In this document: positions 1-11,444 of the stretch, in pieces
How the letters are laid out: the number at the start of each line of letters is the position of its first letter
How positions within the stretch are numbered: the stretch's first letter is position 1
NCBI GenBank assembly: GCA_021432655.1
Contig: MU271188.1
Location: 177,683 to 221,654, forward strand
DNA: 43,972 nt
DNA from: Atractiella rhizophila
Lineage: Eukaryota
Direction of reading: 5' to 3'
Notes under the pieces: model-generated
Database searches by the model: none
What the model saw: only the letters and a program-made list of their open reading frames with translations
Told to the model about the DNA's origin: nothing
Program-made: the position numbers and the translations under genes

Positions 1-749
1 CCGGTGCGATGGTCAAGCCGATGATTCCAGGTATCCAGAGCAGACCAGCGATGGGAATGATGTAAATGGTCCAACGGATGAGCATCGAAGAATTTAGTAA
101 GGCGAGCCACCACCTGGCGAGTTTATTGTTTGGCAAATAATCGCCTGCACACGAAAAATCACCATTCCCTTCTTATCAACAATAACAGGGAGAAATACAC
201 ACCTTCAGCAAACTCCAACTTGGGTGCTCCAGCCTGAAAATCTCCAGTTCCCAAAGTGTCGGACTGGAAATACGACGGTCTAGGACGATGACCTCTATCT
301 CTATCCCTTCCATTCCCGCTCGCATTTCCACCCATCCCATGAGCCGTAACTCGATCAAGGGAGGGAGAAACATCATTAACATTCCAACCCTTCTCAATCA
401 AAATACTCTCATGTCTTCCCTTCTTCTCCTCCACCTCGTTCGCGAAGCGGGGGTGAGGCATAGGCATGGGAACCGATCCCATGGGGATGGAAGTTTCTTT
501 TGCGCTCGACGAATGAGCCATTGAGGCGGAAGTGTGCAAGGGAGACTTGCTGGCGTAAGTGGATGTCGAATCTGAGGATTTTGAGCGACCACTCGGGGAG
601 AAGGAGAGGGAGATGGACTCCTTGTCTTTGGAGTGGGAGTGGGAGTGGGAGAGAGGGGAGGGGAGGAGGGGAGGACGTCTAGGAAAGTCGGACAGGATGA
701 GATGTTCTTCTGATGGATTGGGATGGTTGTTGGTGGGATTCTTCGACAT
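1..749 (-). CDS. MscS-like mechanosensitive channel (fungal Msy1/Msy2 type), 5' part; runs off the window start
   Basis: ATG at 749 and a disordered N-terminus. Intron 145-202 (GT..AG) joins KLEFAEG to DYLPNNKLARWWLALLNSSMLIRWTIYIIPIAGLLWIPGIIGLTIAP, which resembles the first TM segment of fungal MscS-like proteins. The channel domain lies outside the window. Confidence 0.65.
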
Positions 750-1438
750 CCCTGGCGGCAGGAGGGAGTATTAAAGAGCGTGGCTTTTGGGTGATGGTGT
801 GATGGACGGATGGTTTTATAGAGGGTTGGCTCCGTTGCTTTAGACGCTGATGTCACGTCCCTTTCATGAAAATGAAACGGCATTAATATTGTTGGAACTC
901 ACCCTTTTTCTGCCGCCTTCCCTACTCGTTATATCGCTGCTGATACACTCCTCTGCCGCTTGCTATCCTCAATATCCTGCCTGATACCTCCTTCCCGTAT
1001 ATACCTGATGATGCTGGTTTCAGGAGCTCAGAGCGATGCTGCGGTTGTTGTCCGCATTCCCTAATGGTGCTTTGCCGCACTCGCATGACAACTTGCACTC
1101 TTACGATCACAAACAGATTGAGATTGTGAGATTGGATGACTGGGATAGGATGGGGTGGGATGAGATGGTTAAGGATAAGGATATGATGGGGAGAGGAAGG
1201 AAATAAGAAATAAGGTGAGCAAAACGAGGGTGCTACTAGACGAGAGCCCGAGATCTGCGTCACAGACACTTCGCTATGTTTATCACACAATTCACACTTT
1301 TGGCAAGCAATGAAGCCCAATATAGCCTCCTCAGCAGCAGTTCGCAGCCGCGCCTCTTTACATTTCTTATATATTCTCCATCCCTTCCTCTAAGTATCTC
1401 TCTCTCCCAACCCCAACATTATCAACAAGAAAGCAGTG

Positions 1439-3325
1439 ATGACATCCAAACGACTGCTCCCCCTCCTCCTGCCTATCCTCCTCTTCTCCGCCTCCCTCCT
1501 CTTCCTATCTCCACGCTCCATCCACCTCCCCCTCTCATCACCCCTCTCCTCCCGTCCGTTCTCAACAGAAACCACTCTTTCAAGTTCACTTTCGCCTTCA
1601 GATTTACGCTCAGAGCTCTGGCAGTCTCCTACACCCCCTCTACCCCTTCATGCTACCTTAGACGAGCGACTGCAGAGCTGGATAGACGCTCCCCTCGCCG
1701 AACCGAGCGACATGGTCGCCTGGCATGCTCAGGTGTGTCTCTCCAGTACGACAGGTTACAAGCCAGAGTTAACAATAACAATGTGAAACAGACATGCTCC
1801 TCCAAGCTGCTACACAAAAACATGAACAAGGTCCAACTCGAAAACTCCCACATTCTCTGGTCGGCCCTCAACCGATCCACCCTCCTTTCTCTCCGGTACG
1901 AGTTGGCGGACCACCTGCGGTCCGAGCGCAAGCGCATTGAGGGGGAAGAGTATCACGGGCAGGGACGCGGCCTGGTGTTCACCGCTGGGAACGCAGACAC
2001 CTTCAGTCGCGTCCTCTTGACCCTTCGGATCCTCAACGACACCGCGAAGGAGGGCCAGTCGCTTCCTCCCGCCGAAATCTTCAGTTTTCCGAACGAGGTT
2101 CCCTCGGAAGACGTCGCACTCTCTCTTTCCGAGATGGGCGCCACACTGCGGACCCTTCCGTTGGTTAAGGATAAGAAGAAGAGGAAGAATTATCACATGA
2201 AAGCTTCTTCCATTCTCCATTCTTCCTTCCGTCAAGTTCTCTACCTCGACTCCGATAATCCTCCTGCTGACCTTTCTGCGCTGTTGGATTTGTGGGATTC
2301 GAAGGCGTATAAGAGACTCGGTGCCTTGTTTTGGCCCGATTACTGGAAGACGGGAGCCGATAATCCCATTTGGTCCATCATCGGTACCCAATGTAGAGAC
2401 GAGTGGGAAATGGAGGCAGGTCAAATCCTAATCGACAAAGGACAGCACTACGACGCGTTCGTCCTCCCCTCCTCATCTCCAAACCATCCTTTCTTGCAAA
2501 CTGACAGACGACGGAACAGCCTCGTTTTGACAGAATACATGCTCGTCAATCACGAGTTTTGGTACAACTTCACGGATGGAGATAAGGACGCCTTCAGATA
2601 CGCGTTCCTCGCTCTACGAAAGAGGTGGGCGGTACCGGGACGTTACGTCGCTGCTGGTGCGTTGCCTTTTGACGCCATGAGCGGGTTCTGTGGACACACC
2701 ATGCTCCAACACGACCATGTTAGTACCTCCCTCTCCTCCCTCCCTATAAAACAGTTCGTGACATGTTATGAATTTCCAGTTCGGAAAACCACTCTTCGTC
2801 CACCAAAATCTCTTGAAACAGATTCCCTCTGGTGTCGGTCGAGGAGCAGCATGGGGACGCTCACGATCACTCAAGACGTTCTCATCCAACACCACCCTGC
2901 TCTTCGCTCCCTCTCCATCCTCTTCCTTTCCCTCATCCTCTTCCCTCCTCGACGTATCAGAGACCTTGGAGGAGGACGAAGACATGGACGTGGACGCCGA
3001 CCACCTCGCCAATGCCGACGGAGACGGACGAGGAATTGTGAGACATAAGAGGTTGGGAGTGAGGAGACGAGCGGCGGGCGAGAGGGGTGTTAAGAACTTT
3101 TTTCATGGTGGATGGATTTCGGCACTTTGTATAGATATCGAGTGGAAGGATCCGGAGCTCCTGATACGGGGGGAGGACGAGGGAGATGTTGGGGAGGAGG
3201 AGAAGAAGAGGAGAAAGGAGAGAAGCCCGATTGAGGTTAGGATGTGGAAGGACGATCGACGGTTGGAAGGTTTTGAGGAGAGATTCTTCAGGCTGGGCGG
3301 GAGCGTGAATGGCAAAGGGTTTTGA
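1439..3325 (+). CDS. Alpha-mannosyltransferase, GT71 (Mnn2/Mnn5-like), type II membrane protein
   Basis: Signal anchor MTSKRLLPLLLPILLFSASLLFL. Motifs GRGLVFTAG, SSFRQVLYLDSDN (DxD), GALFWPDYW, EMEAGQILIDK, GDKDAFRYAF, FCGHTMLQHD, PLFVHQNLLK. Introns near 1733-1790, 2457-2519 and 2719-2780; stop at 3325. Confidence 0.9.
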
Positions 3326-3642
3326 GACGTTTCACTCCTTTTTGCTGGTCTTCAGGGAGCTTGAGAGAAAGTGGACTCTCAGTAGATATTCTTTGATGGT
3401 TCTGTCTTTAATTCGTTGACATGTTCAAAAGCTGTTGAAGTTGGGTAGACAACTTCGGCGTTCGAGATTACTGTATTTAGATACCTTGTACACTGCTTAG
3501 ATAAATTCAATTCCTAAGATGACAAGTGCATGCGATTCCATTCCATTAGGTATCAAAACGATCGTAACTGCGAGCGATCGACAAGGTGAACTGTAAGGTC
3601 AGACAAGTTCCTCAGATAGAGGAGAAGAAAAGGAAGGGAGGA

Positions 3643-5963
3643 TCAAAAGCGATGAATCTTCTTGTGCGACTTCGCGCCTGGTTCCTGCAATACTCCATGG
3701 GAAGTGACCTCAAGCAACTGGTTAACCGTGTTCTCCAACACCTCCACATCCACGGGCAACAGCGCTGGAATACCAGAAGGAGCTGGTACGGGTGCAACTT
3801 CGAAAGTAGTGAGCGTTCCCGGATGGGCGACCTTGGACCCAGCCGACGTGACGTTGGAGGCTACGTCGAGGTTGAATTCAACGTCCACGTCGAGGACAGC
3901 GACGTGGGAGGAGGTGCGGAAGGTGGAAGCCTTTTTCTGGATAGGGAACGGATGTCCCTCTGTCGAGATCACGTAGTCGTCCAAGGAGATGGTGCTGCCG
4001 GGGGTGAAGGTGAGCCAGAGGAACTTGAGAGTTTCTGAGTACCAGAAGGTTTCGGTGTTGTCCCAATGAGGCGCTGGAGTCGCGTTCACATCCGAAACGG
4101 AGGCGTAGGCGTTGTTAACCAATCCGGCAGCGAGGAGGTGCTGGAAGGCTTCCCAAGCCCATTCTTGGTATTTCTATCCATCCGTCCATCCGTTAACCAT
4201 GAGAAAAGATATAAAGGTGAGAAGAAGCGAGCAACGCACGGTGTCGCCAGTGATACGCCAGGCGTAAAAGTAGCTATTTCATCCATTTCAGCATCACCAT
4301 CAAGAGGAAGAAGGAAGAGTTGACTAACCTCTCCACGACCTCAGGACGCAAGAGATGGTATCCTCGACCACTGACGGTGGCGAATCCGTTGGCATTATAG
4401 AAAGTGGTATCCGACGCGGAAGGGGTCCAGCCATTGTTTGATCCTGTGGCCTTATCCACGAAGCCAAACACCTCTGGAGATCTCCGTCAGCCTCTACTCT
4501 CATGGGAGAAGCGGAAGAATCGTACCGGGTCCAATTCCCGTCCTATACGTTCAATAACTTCAACATGATTTTGAGGAGTCAAAGGAAAGAAAGAGGCGCA
4601 CACTGTTTTGTTGTAAGTGTTGTGGCAGGCGTCGATGAGGGAGAGGCCATAATTGATGATCGTTTGGTTCGCCAACATCTTTCCCTATTTCAATTGATCA
4701 AGACATTATTTCCACATGAGGAAAGGAAGACACACGCCAAGGACCCAGTTCCCACCAGCATAGCACGCTAAGTGAGAAGAGATGTACAGGTTTCCACCGT
4801 TGCTAGCAGAGTAATCGGTCAGGTAAAGGTGGTCCCCAACGCTCGACGTCTTCAATAATTTAGTGATAGAGCTCGATACGGCTTGTTGCCAGAAGGCGAG
4901 ATACGAAGTATCCGTATTTCCAGTATAGAGAGCGTATTTAACCAGATACCTATCAATTGCGTCACATCGTATCAACACTGACGATCTGAAATGAGGGCGA
5001 ACTTAGACGTACTCGTAGAAAGAATCACAAGCAGGTCCCCAGCTAACGAGGTCTCCGACGACAGCGTTATTGGCTGGATTGACGGCTGAAGCGAGCAGTC
5101 CTGGGAAGACTGCAGGATTCGCCCTGAGCTTGGCGTTTGTTGCCTCCGCCAAAGCTCGATAGGTTGCATTGCCTCCATAGGTCGAGAGCGCATTGAATTC
5201 GAGCAGGAGGGTTCCAGCCTCAGCGATGTTGTTCTGTCCACATTATCCTCGTCAGATGGTTGGCTTTCTTTACCAAGGACAGAGCAGGGACTGACGGATT
5301 GGATGAACGGTTGCTTCGTAGTCAGGTTCACGAAGCCGTAAGGGATCACCGTGCCCTTGCTCCAACCTAAGCTGAGCGTGGTACCGAGTTGTTGTGCCTT
5401 TTGGAGAAGGATGGGTTCGTGAGCGGTGGAGATGTTGTAGGTGCTCAGGAGCCCGCCAAGGTATCGGATGGTGGTCTCGAAGATGGAGACGGCTTGGTCG
5501 TTAACAGATTTTGTGAAGTCAACCGTTCCGACAAAAGTTATCGCCTTCGTTTCCATTTAGAGATATTGTCCACAGTGCGTGGGAGGAGGAAGAAAGACCG
5601 ACCTCCTTGTACCAGTTGGGGAAGTTCATCATGGCAGGGGAGAGCACGTCTAGACTGTCGATGATAGTCGCTCCCTAAAAGCCCTGAGTAAGCAAAGAAT
5701 GCTCAGCTTCTGCGAAGCAGACTTACCCAACCATTCCTGGACTGGCCACCGGTCTGAGAAACGGGCTTCAAATTGTCGAAACCGAAAGCATGCCTCCTGT
5801 AAGCGGTATAAGACTGCTGCCACGCATCCCTGACGGCCTGTGCTCTTGTGGCAGAAAGATTGGTTTGGGCGAGGGAAGCGGCTGGTGCCTGGATGGTTAC
5901 CGCGCTAGCAGGGGATGGGAGCTGGAGGATAGAAAGGATTGGGAGGAGCGAAAGAAGGTGCAT
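3643..5963 (-). CDS. Secreted class I alpha-1,2-mannosidase, GH47
   Basis: Signal peptide MHLLSLLPILSILQLPSPASA. Motifs YRRHAFGFDNLKPVS, SIFETTIRYLGGLLS, GPACDSFYE, SHLACYAGGNW, LRPEVVE, ETFWYSETLK, STEGHPF across multiple exons. Confidence 0.93.
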
Positions 5964-6669
5964 GTTCGTCGAGCAGAAATTTCAAGCAAACCACCCACAC
6001 CAAGACCTGAGATACTTAAGAGATGGGTGGAGATGGTGTGAGTAAAAGAACGGAGTGGCTTTTATGTCCGGACAACTTCGCAGAAACAGGCCGCGTCCAC
6101 ACCGCACGCCAGAGTTCCTCAAAGTTCCACCATCGCAGTCTTGGTGCTTTCAAGAATACGAAATGTTGATCCTTCATCCGGTCACCGAAGGGTGCTACTA
6201 GCACCTGTCAGACAAGGTCAAAAGTCACGACAGCATAATTATCAAGCGCAATTCGACCCCAGAACATCTCCCTTTCGTTGTCGCAGGCTGTCTCTGGCGG
6301 TCTTTGCACGCGTCCTTCCAAGTCTTTCCTGAAGGTACCAATTCTTAGAACTTCTATGCTGCGTTGACCTTCCCGAGTTGCCAGAAAGGCAACCAATGGC
6401 GACATCCGTTGCTTCCTTCAACTCCTTCCAATTGCGCTTGAACTTGAAACAAAACAATATTGCAGGATGAACAACCTGGAACTTCTTCGCAGAGTATCAA
6501 GTTGTGCATATTTTTATACCTTTCTGAAATGAAATAACACAATACAGTAGTCATGAAGTGTTGCCATCTCGCAACTTCGGATCAGCAACTGAGCTGATGA
6601 CCCTGACGACCAAGTGGCTGATCCGCCTCTAGACGTCCTACCTCCCAACATGATTTATCTCTACCTCCA

Positions 6670-6676
6670 TATAAAA
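6670..6676 (+). promoter_or_regulatory. TATA box (TATAAAA) followed by a pyrimidine-rich leader upstream of the secreted repeat protein
   Basis: TATAAAAG lies ~265 nt upstream of ATG 6935 and is followed by CT-rich tracts, as in strongly expressed fungal genes. Confidence 0.55.
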
Positions 6677-6934
6677 GGGTCGCCCCACAAGATGAAGAAA
6701 GCAGCTTTTGCTCCCCCATCCTTCCTCCAAAAGCCACTTCCTTCGCTTCCCCTCTTACACCTTAGACCAGGCGTCTTGTCCTTTTCTTCTTTTTCAGTTC
6801 TTTAAACCGCAGAGCGAGTTCTCCAAACCGTAGAGCGGTCTTCTGTATCCCCTCCTTCATCGTTCACCTTCTCTTACGTTTCCATTCGTAACTTCCAGCG
6901 TATCGTCCATCAAGCAGGTCAACTTGAAGTCAAA

Positions 6935-9734
6935 ATGAAGTCGGACATCTTCTTCCTCGCCTCTCTGGTCCTCAGCGCTCTCGCCCTGCCCATCCCGCAT
7001 ACAGGGGCCAAAGTCACCGTTGCCGCCATAGGCACCAATGCCGTCTTACCTCCACAAGTCAAGCGCCAAGGAGGTGGTTTCATCGACCTCTCCAACGCTG
7101 CAGCTGCAGCCGGAGCTGGAAACGCTGGTAATGGTCCGTCTCTTGCGTGTTGTAAAGAGACAGAGCTAACTGAAAGGTGGAATAGCTGCCAATGGCACTG
7201 CCGTTGACAACACTGGAGTTGGTGCGTTCTCCCTCTGCATGTTGTAAAGAGGCAGCTGACTGAAACATGGAATAGCTGCCAATAGCACTGTCGTCGACAA
7301 CACTGGAGCAGGTGCGCTCTCCCTCCTTTCCCACGTTCAAAGTTAATTCGTCATGAGCAGCTGCCGCAACGGACTCATCTTCAGATTCTGGTACGTCTCT
7401 CTGACATGGAACTCCCAAAAACTCACTAACATATCCACCTTCGCGCGCTAGCCTTAGCTACCTCAAATTCTACCGAAGTGTCCATCCAGACGCCGCCGAT
7501 ACAGGTCTGTCTTCCTCTCTTCTCTTCTCCTTGCTTATATTGACATTTTGTGGGCACCGCAGCTGCAACAGATCTTGCAACCGCAACCGATAGCGCAGCC
7601 GCCGCCGTGGAAACTGCAGCGGACACTGGGAGAGGCAATGGCAAGAAAGCTCAGAAGGCTGCTGAAAAAGCTGCTGCTGCCGCCGCCGCTGCTCAGGCTG
7701 GAGACGCTGCGAACGCAGGCAACGGGGATAACGCCGCCGCTGCTGCTGCCAACGACGGTCAAGGTAACGGCAGGAAAGCACAGAAGGCTGCTGAGAAAGC
7801 TGCTGCTGCCGCCGCCGCTGCCCAGGCTGGAGACGCTGCGAACGCAGCCAACGGGGATAACACTGCTGCTGCCACCAACGACGGTCAAGCCGCTGCTCAG
7901 GCTCAGTCTGGAGATGCTGCTGCTGCTGCTGCGAACAATGGTCAAGCCAATGGCAAGAAGGCACAGAAGGCCGCCGAGAAAGCTGCTGCCGCCGCCGCTG
8001 CTGCCCAGGCTGGAGACGCCGCGAACGCAGCCAACGGGGATAACGCTGCTGCTGCTACCAACGATCAAGCCAACGGCGCCGCTGCTCAAGCTCAGACTGG
8101 AGATGCCGCTGCGGCTGCTGCCAACGACGATCAAGCCAATGGTAAGAAAGGTCAAAAGGCTGCTGAGAAAGCTGCCGCCGCCGCCGCTGCTGCTCAAGCT
8201 GGAACTGCTGCAGACGGAGCCAATGGAGGTGCTGCTGCCGCCGCTGACTGCAATGGAGGCAATGGCAAGAAAGCACAGAAGGCTGCTGAGAAGGCTGCTG
8301 CCGCCGCCGCCGCTGCACAGGCTGGAGACGCTGCCAACGCAGGAAATGGAGATAACGCTGCTGCTGCTGCTACCAACGACGGCCAAGCTAACGGCAAGAA
8401 AGCACAGAAGGCTGCTGAGAAAGCTGCCGCCGCCGCCGCTGCTGCTCAGGCTGGAGATGTTGCAAACGCAGGCAATGCCACTGCTGTCAACGACGGTCAA
8501 GCCAACTCGGGGAATGTTACTGCTGCTGTCACCGACAACGGGGCTGGTGCGCTTCCTTCTTTTTTTGACCCACCTCGTTAGTCTTACGCTCACGCGATGT
8601 GTGTAACAGCAGCGACCCAAACTGTGACTGATGCTGCCGATGCTACTGCTACCGATGCCTCTTCTGCTGACGCGGCCGCTGCCTCTGCCACCGATGCCTC
8701 TTCTGCTGATTCTGGTGCTGCTGGCAAACTTGGCGACTTGCTTGGCAACCTCGTCAGTTTTTCCTCCTTTCTTTCGTCCGATCTTTGTTTAACTGGTGAT
8801 CCCATACGCAAAATAGGGAAGCTTGCTGTCTGGCGGAGGGAACCTCAAGGACCAGTTCGCAGGCTTATTGGACCAGCTATCCGGAACAAAACTCGTCAGT
8901 ATTTGCCCTCATCTTTCCCTTCTTACAATCAGCCTCCACATCACGGCTGACGTCTCTCATGTGGCTACAATGACAGGGCAATCTCTTGGGCCAATTACAG
9001 GGAAACGCTAGCCTTTCCGACCTCTTGGGCAACTTGAAGGGAGCGGCGAAGGGAGGCAACGCCAACGCCAACGCTAATGATGGAGCTGCCGCCGCTGCTG
9101 CCACTGAGACTGCAGCTGCCGATGCTGCCGCTGCCGCTGAGACTGGAGCTGCTGCTGGTGGTGCCGCCATTAAGACTGGAGCTGCAAGGAAAAGGCAGGT
9201 CACTGGTGTGTTCAAATTCACCGGCCTAAAGACCAAGAAGAATGATCGACGCAGCCTCGTGAGTTTTCTGCTTTGTTTTGTTCAGCCAGGTCCTAATATC
9301 AAAGGGAAATAGGGAGACCTCCTCTCCGGGAATGGCGCAGGAGGTGCCGATTTGGCGAGCACTCTTAGTGACCAACTTGGCCAGTTGACAAGCGCTCTGG
9401 ACGGAACCCCTCTCGTCAGTCTCTTTCCTTCCTCTCATCCCATCTCCCTCGCACGAACTAACTGTGGCTGAATGTTACATCGTTTAGGGTGACCTCATCT
9501 CTCAGTTGTCGGCTGGTGCAAGTCTTCAAGATATCCTTGGTGGAGGAGCGGACGCCAATGGTTCCGCCGCCAATGGAGCGAACGCAGCCGCTGCTGATAC
9601 CAGTGCGTCCTTTCCTCTGATCTCTCCATAGTCCCAAAGTCTCAATTGTGATTCAAGCTGCCTCCAATGCGTCTTCGGTCGGAGCCGTCAGGATCAAGAG
9701 GGTGGTGCGCAAGCGACAGTGTGAAGAGAACTAA
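6935..9734 (+). CDS. Secreted Ala/Gly/Asn/Asp-rich repetitive protein with Kex2-type dibasic sites (multi-exon)
   Basis: Signal peptide MKSDIFFLASLVLSALALP and a VKR|Q site. Several mini-exons at 7185-7504, a large repeat exon at ~7563-8546, Leu/Gly amphipathic exons at 8608-9603, and the end RIKRVVRKRQCEEN* (TAA 9732-9734). Phase of the exon near 7452-7504 is unresolved. Confidence 0.8.
7625..8480 (+). repeat. Coding tandem repeat: six copies of NG(K/R)K(A/G)QKAAEK-A8-QAG... (~41-62 aa units)
   Basis: Read directly from the 7550..8581 translation; GCT/GCC codon runs. Confidence 0.95.
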
Positions 9735-9989
9735 AGAAAAACCGATGGACTTTGAGAGTCTCAAAGAAAGCTCGGATCGGGACAAATGGTTGTTACACGT
9801 GTAAATAGTTGGAAGGAATTGTCAATCGTTCTTATCAGATCTCACGCTGTCCAGTGCCCTCCTTCATCGTCTCCTCCCACGGTCATGAACAAAGGCTGAG
9901 GAGAACGCCTCATTCGTAAAATAAGAGACCTTGAGCAGAGATTGACTATGAGAACAAATGTAACAGAAGTATAACGAGGCGTGAACGAT

Positions 9990-11330
9990 TCAGGAACGAT
10001 TGCGAAACAGTCCTAGCAATTTGAGGATGGGGCTTCTCGTCTTGCCTTCCCGATGGTAGTCATCTATCCTCCAGCTCAGTCCTCCAGAGAGCCAAACTTT
10101 CGAGTGAACATACCTTCATTGGAGCACAAAATACAACTTCTCTCCTCGATCCTATCCAAAGCGTAACCAAACTCTTCTGCGGCTGGGAGCGTGGCCAAGG
10201 ATTCGCTGCTTCCGAGCACTTTGGATGCATTCTCACCGCTGATAGATCCTGAGAGCGAGTGACCTAAGTCCTCTCTGGACGCATCGAATGATTGGGAAAG
10301 AGATACAGGGCCGTGGTCGACTGCATAACAGTCATGATCTTCTGACAAACCGCTTGAGGGAACAACTCACCTGGGACGGTCATGTTGGTCAACATCTCCA
10401 ACCTCACTGAATATAACGCTTCTGGGTTCTCTTGGAACTCTTCTAGCGGGCGAGATGGTTGAGGTGTTGTGTAAGAAAAGTAATGCTGTCCCCGTTCTGC
10501 AAAAAGAAGGAAACTGACTGTAATCTTGAAGGAATTGCGGGAAAGCATGTTTGTGGCTAGCTCTGTGGCTTACTTCAACACTGGTCAACGAGTACAGGAT
10601 GGATGAAAAGCAGGGGAAAGCATAAATATATTCGGAGCAGGGTCGGGAATGGCAGCTGGGAAAAGCGGGAAGGATACCGCAAATTCGGATGGACCAATGC
10701 GATAGTGCAGATGCCAACTGAACGTTATTTATCCGAACCCTATCCCAGCTGCTCGACCTTGTGAACCTGGGAACGCAGCAGAACCAACCCAAATGTCATC
10801 TGCCTCCACTTCGACACTTCCGAGCACTTTGGATGCATTCTCCCAGCTGATCGATCCTGAGGGCGAGTGGCCTAAATCCTCTCTAGACGAATCGAATGAT
10901 TGGGAAAGAGATACAGCCGTGGTCGACTGCATAACAGTCATGATCTTCTGACAAACCGCTTGAGGGAACAACGCACCTGGGACGGTCATGTTGGTCAACA
11001 TCTCCAACCGCACTGAATATAACGCTTCTGGGTTCTCTTGGAACTCTTCCAGCGGGTGAGATGGTTGAGGTGTTGTGTAAGAAAAGTAATTCTGATAAAG
11101 GATATAAGTATTGCTGTCCCCGTTCTGCAAAAAGAAGGAAACTGACTGTAATCTTGAAGGAATTGCGTGAAAGCATGTTTGTGGCTAGCTCTGTGGCTTA
11201 CTTCAACACTGGTCAATGAGTACAGGTTGGATGAACAGCAGGGGAAAGCATAAATATATTCGGAGCAAGGTCGGGAATAGCAGTTGGGAAAAGCGGGAAG
11301 GATACCGCAAATTCGGATGAACCAATGCGA
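9990..11330 (-). pseudogene. Degenerate or lineage-specific intron-containing gene, partly duplicated; product unknown
   Basis: Intron-like segments on the minus strand (gtgagt/gtgcgt...atgcag; gtcagt...atcag; gtatgt) separate short open frames such as LEEFQENPEALYSVRLEMLTNMTVP. Each copy carries a different disrupting indel. No family recognised. Confidence 0.35.
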
Positions 11331-11444
11331 TAGTGCAGATGCCAACTGAACGTTATTTATCCGAACTCTATCCCAGCTGCTCCACCTTGTTAACCTGGGA
11401 ACGCAGCAGAACCAAGCCAAAATGTCCTCTGCCTCCACTTCGAC
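10209..11444. repeat. Diverged tandem duplication: copy 1 10209-10815 (607 bp), copy 2 10817-11444 (628 bp)
   Basis: Both copies start cttccgagcactttggatgcattctc and end ctgcctccacttcgac. They differ by substitutions and by 22-, 2- and 1-nt indels. Confidence 0.95.

Noticed and set aside
1276..3048. 590-aa ORF taken as the mannosyltransferase
   Set aside because: It reads through introns and has a spurious N-terminus. The signal anchor is in the frame starting at 1439, and the C-terminus is in the frame ending at 3325.
6805..6838. Direct repeat AAACCG(C/T)AGAGCG x2 in the 5' leader of the repeat protein
   Set aside because: Only two short copies; no function can be supported.
7625..8480. 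Repeat array considered as CRISPR-like or satellite DNA
   Set aside because: Eukaryotic coding repeat with synonymous variation; no unique spacers and no cas genes.
7470..8620. Long alternative-frame and antisense ORFs (Leu/Pro-rich 352 aa, Ser/Gly-rich 361 aa, Gln-rich 164 aa)
   Set aside because: These are shadows of GCT/GCC repeats that lack stop codons. Only the Ala-rich frame connects to the signal peptide through splice sites.
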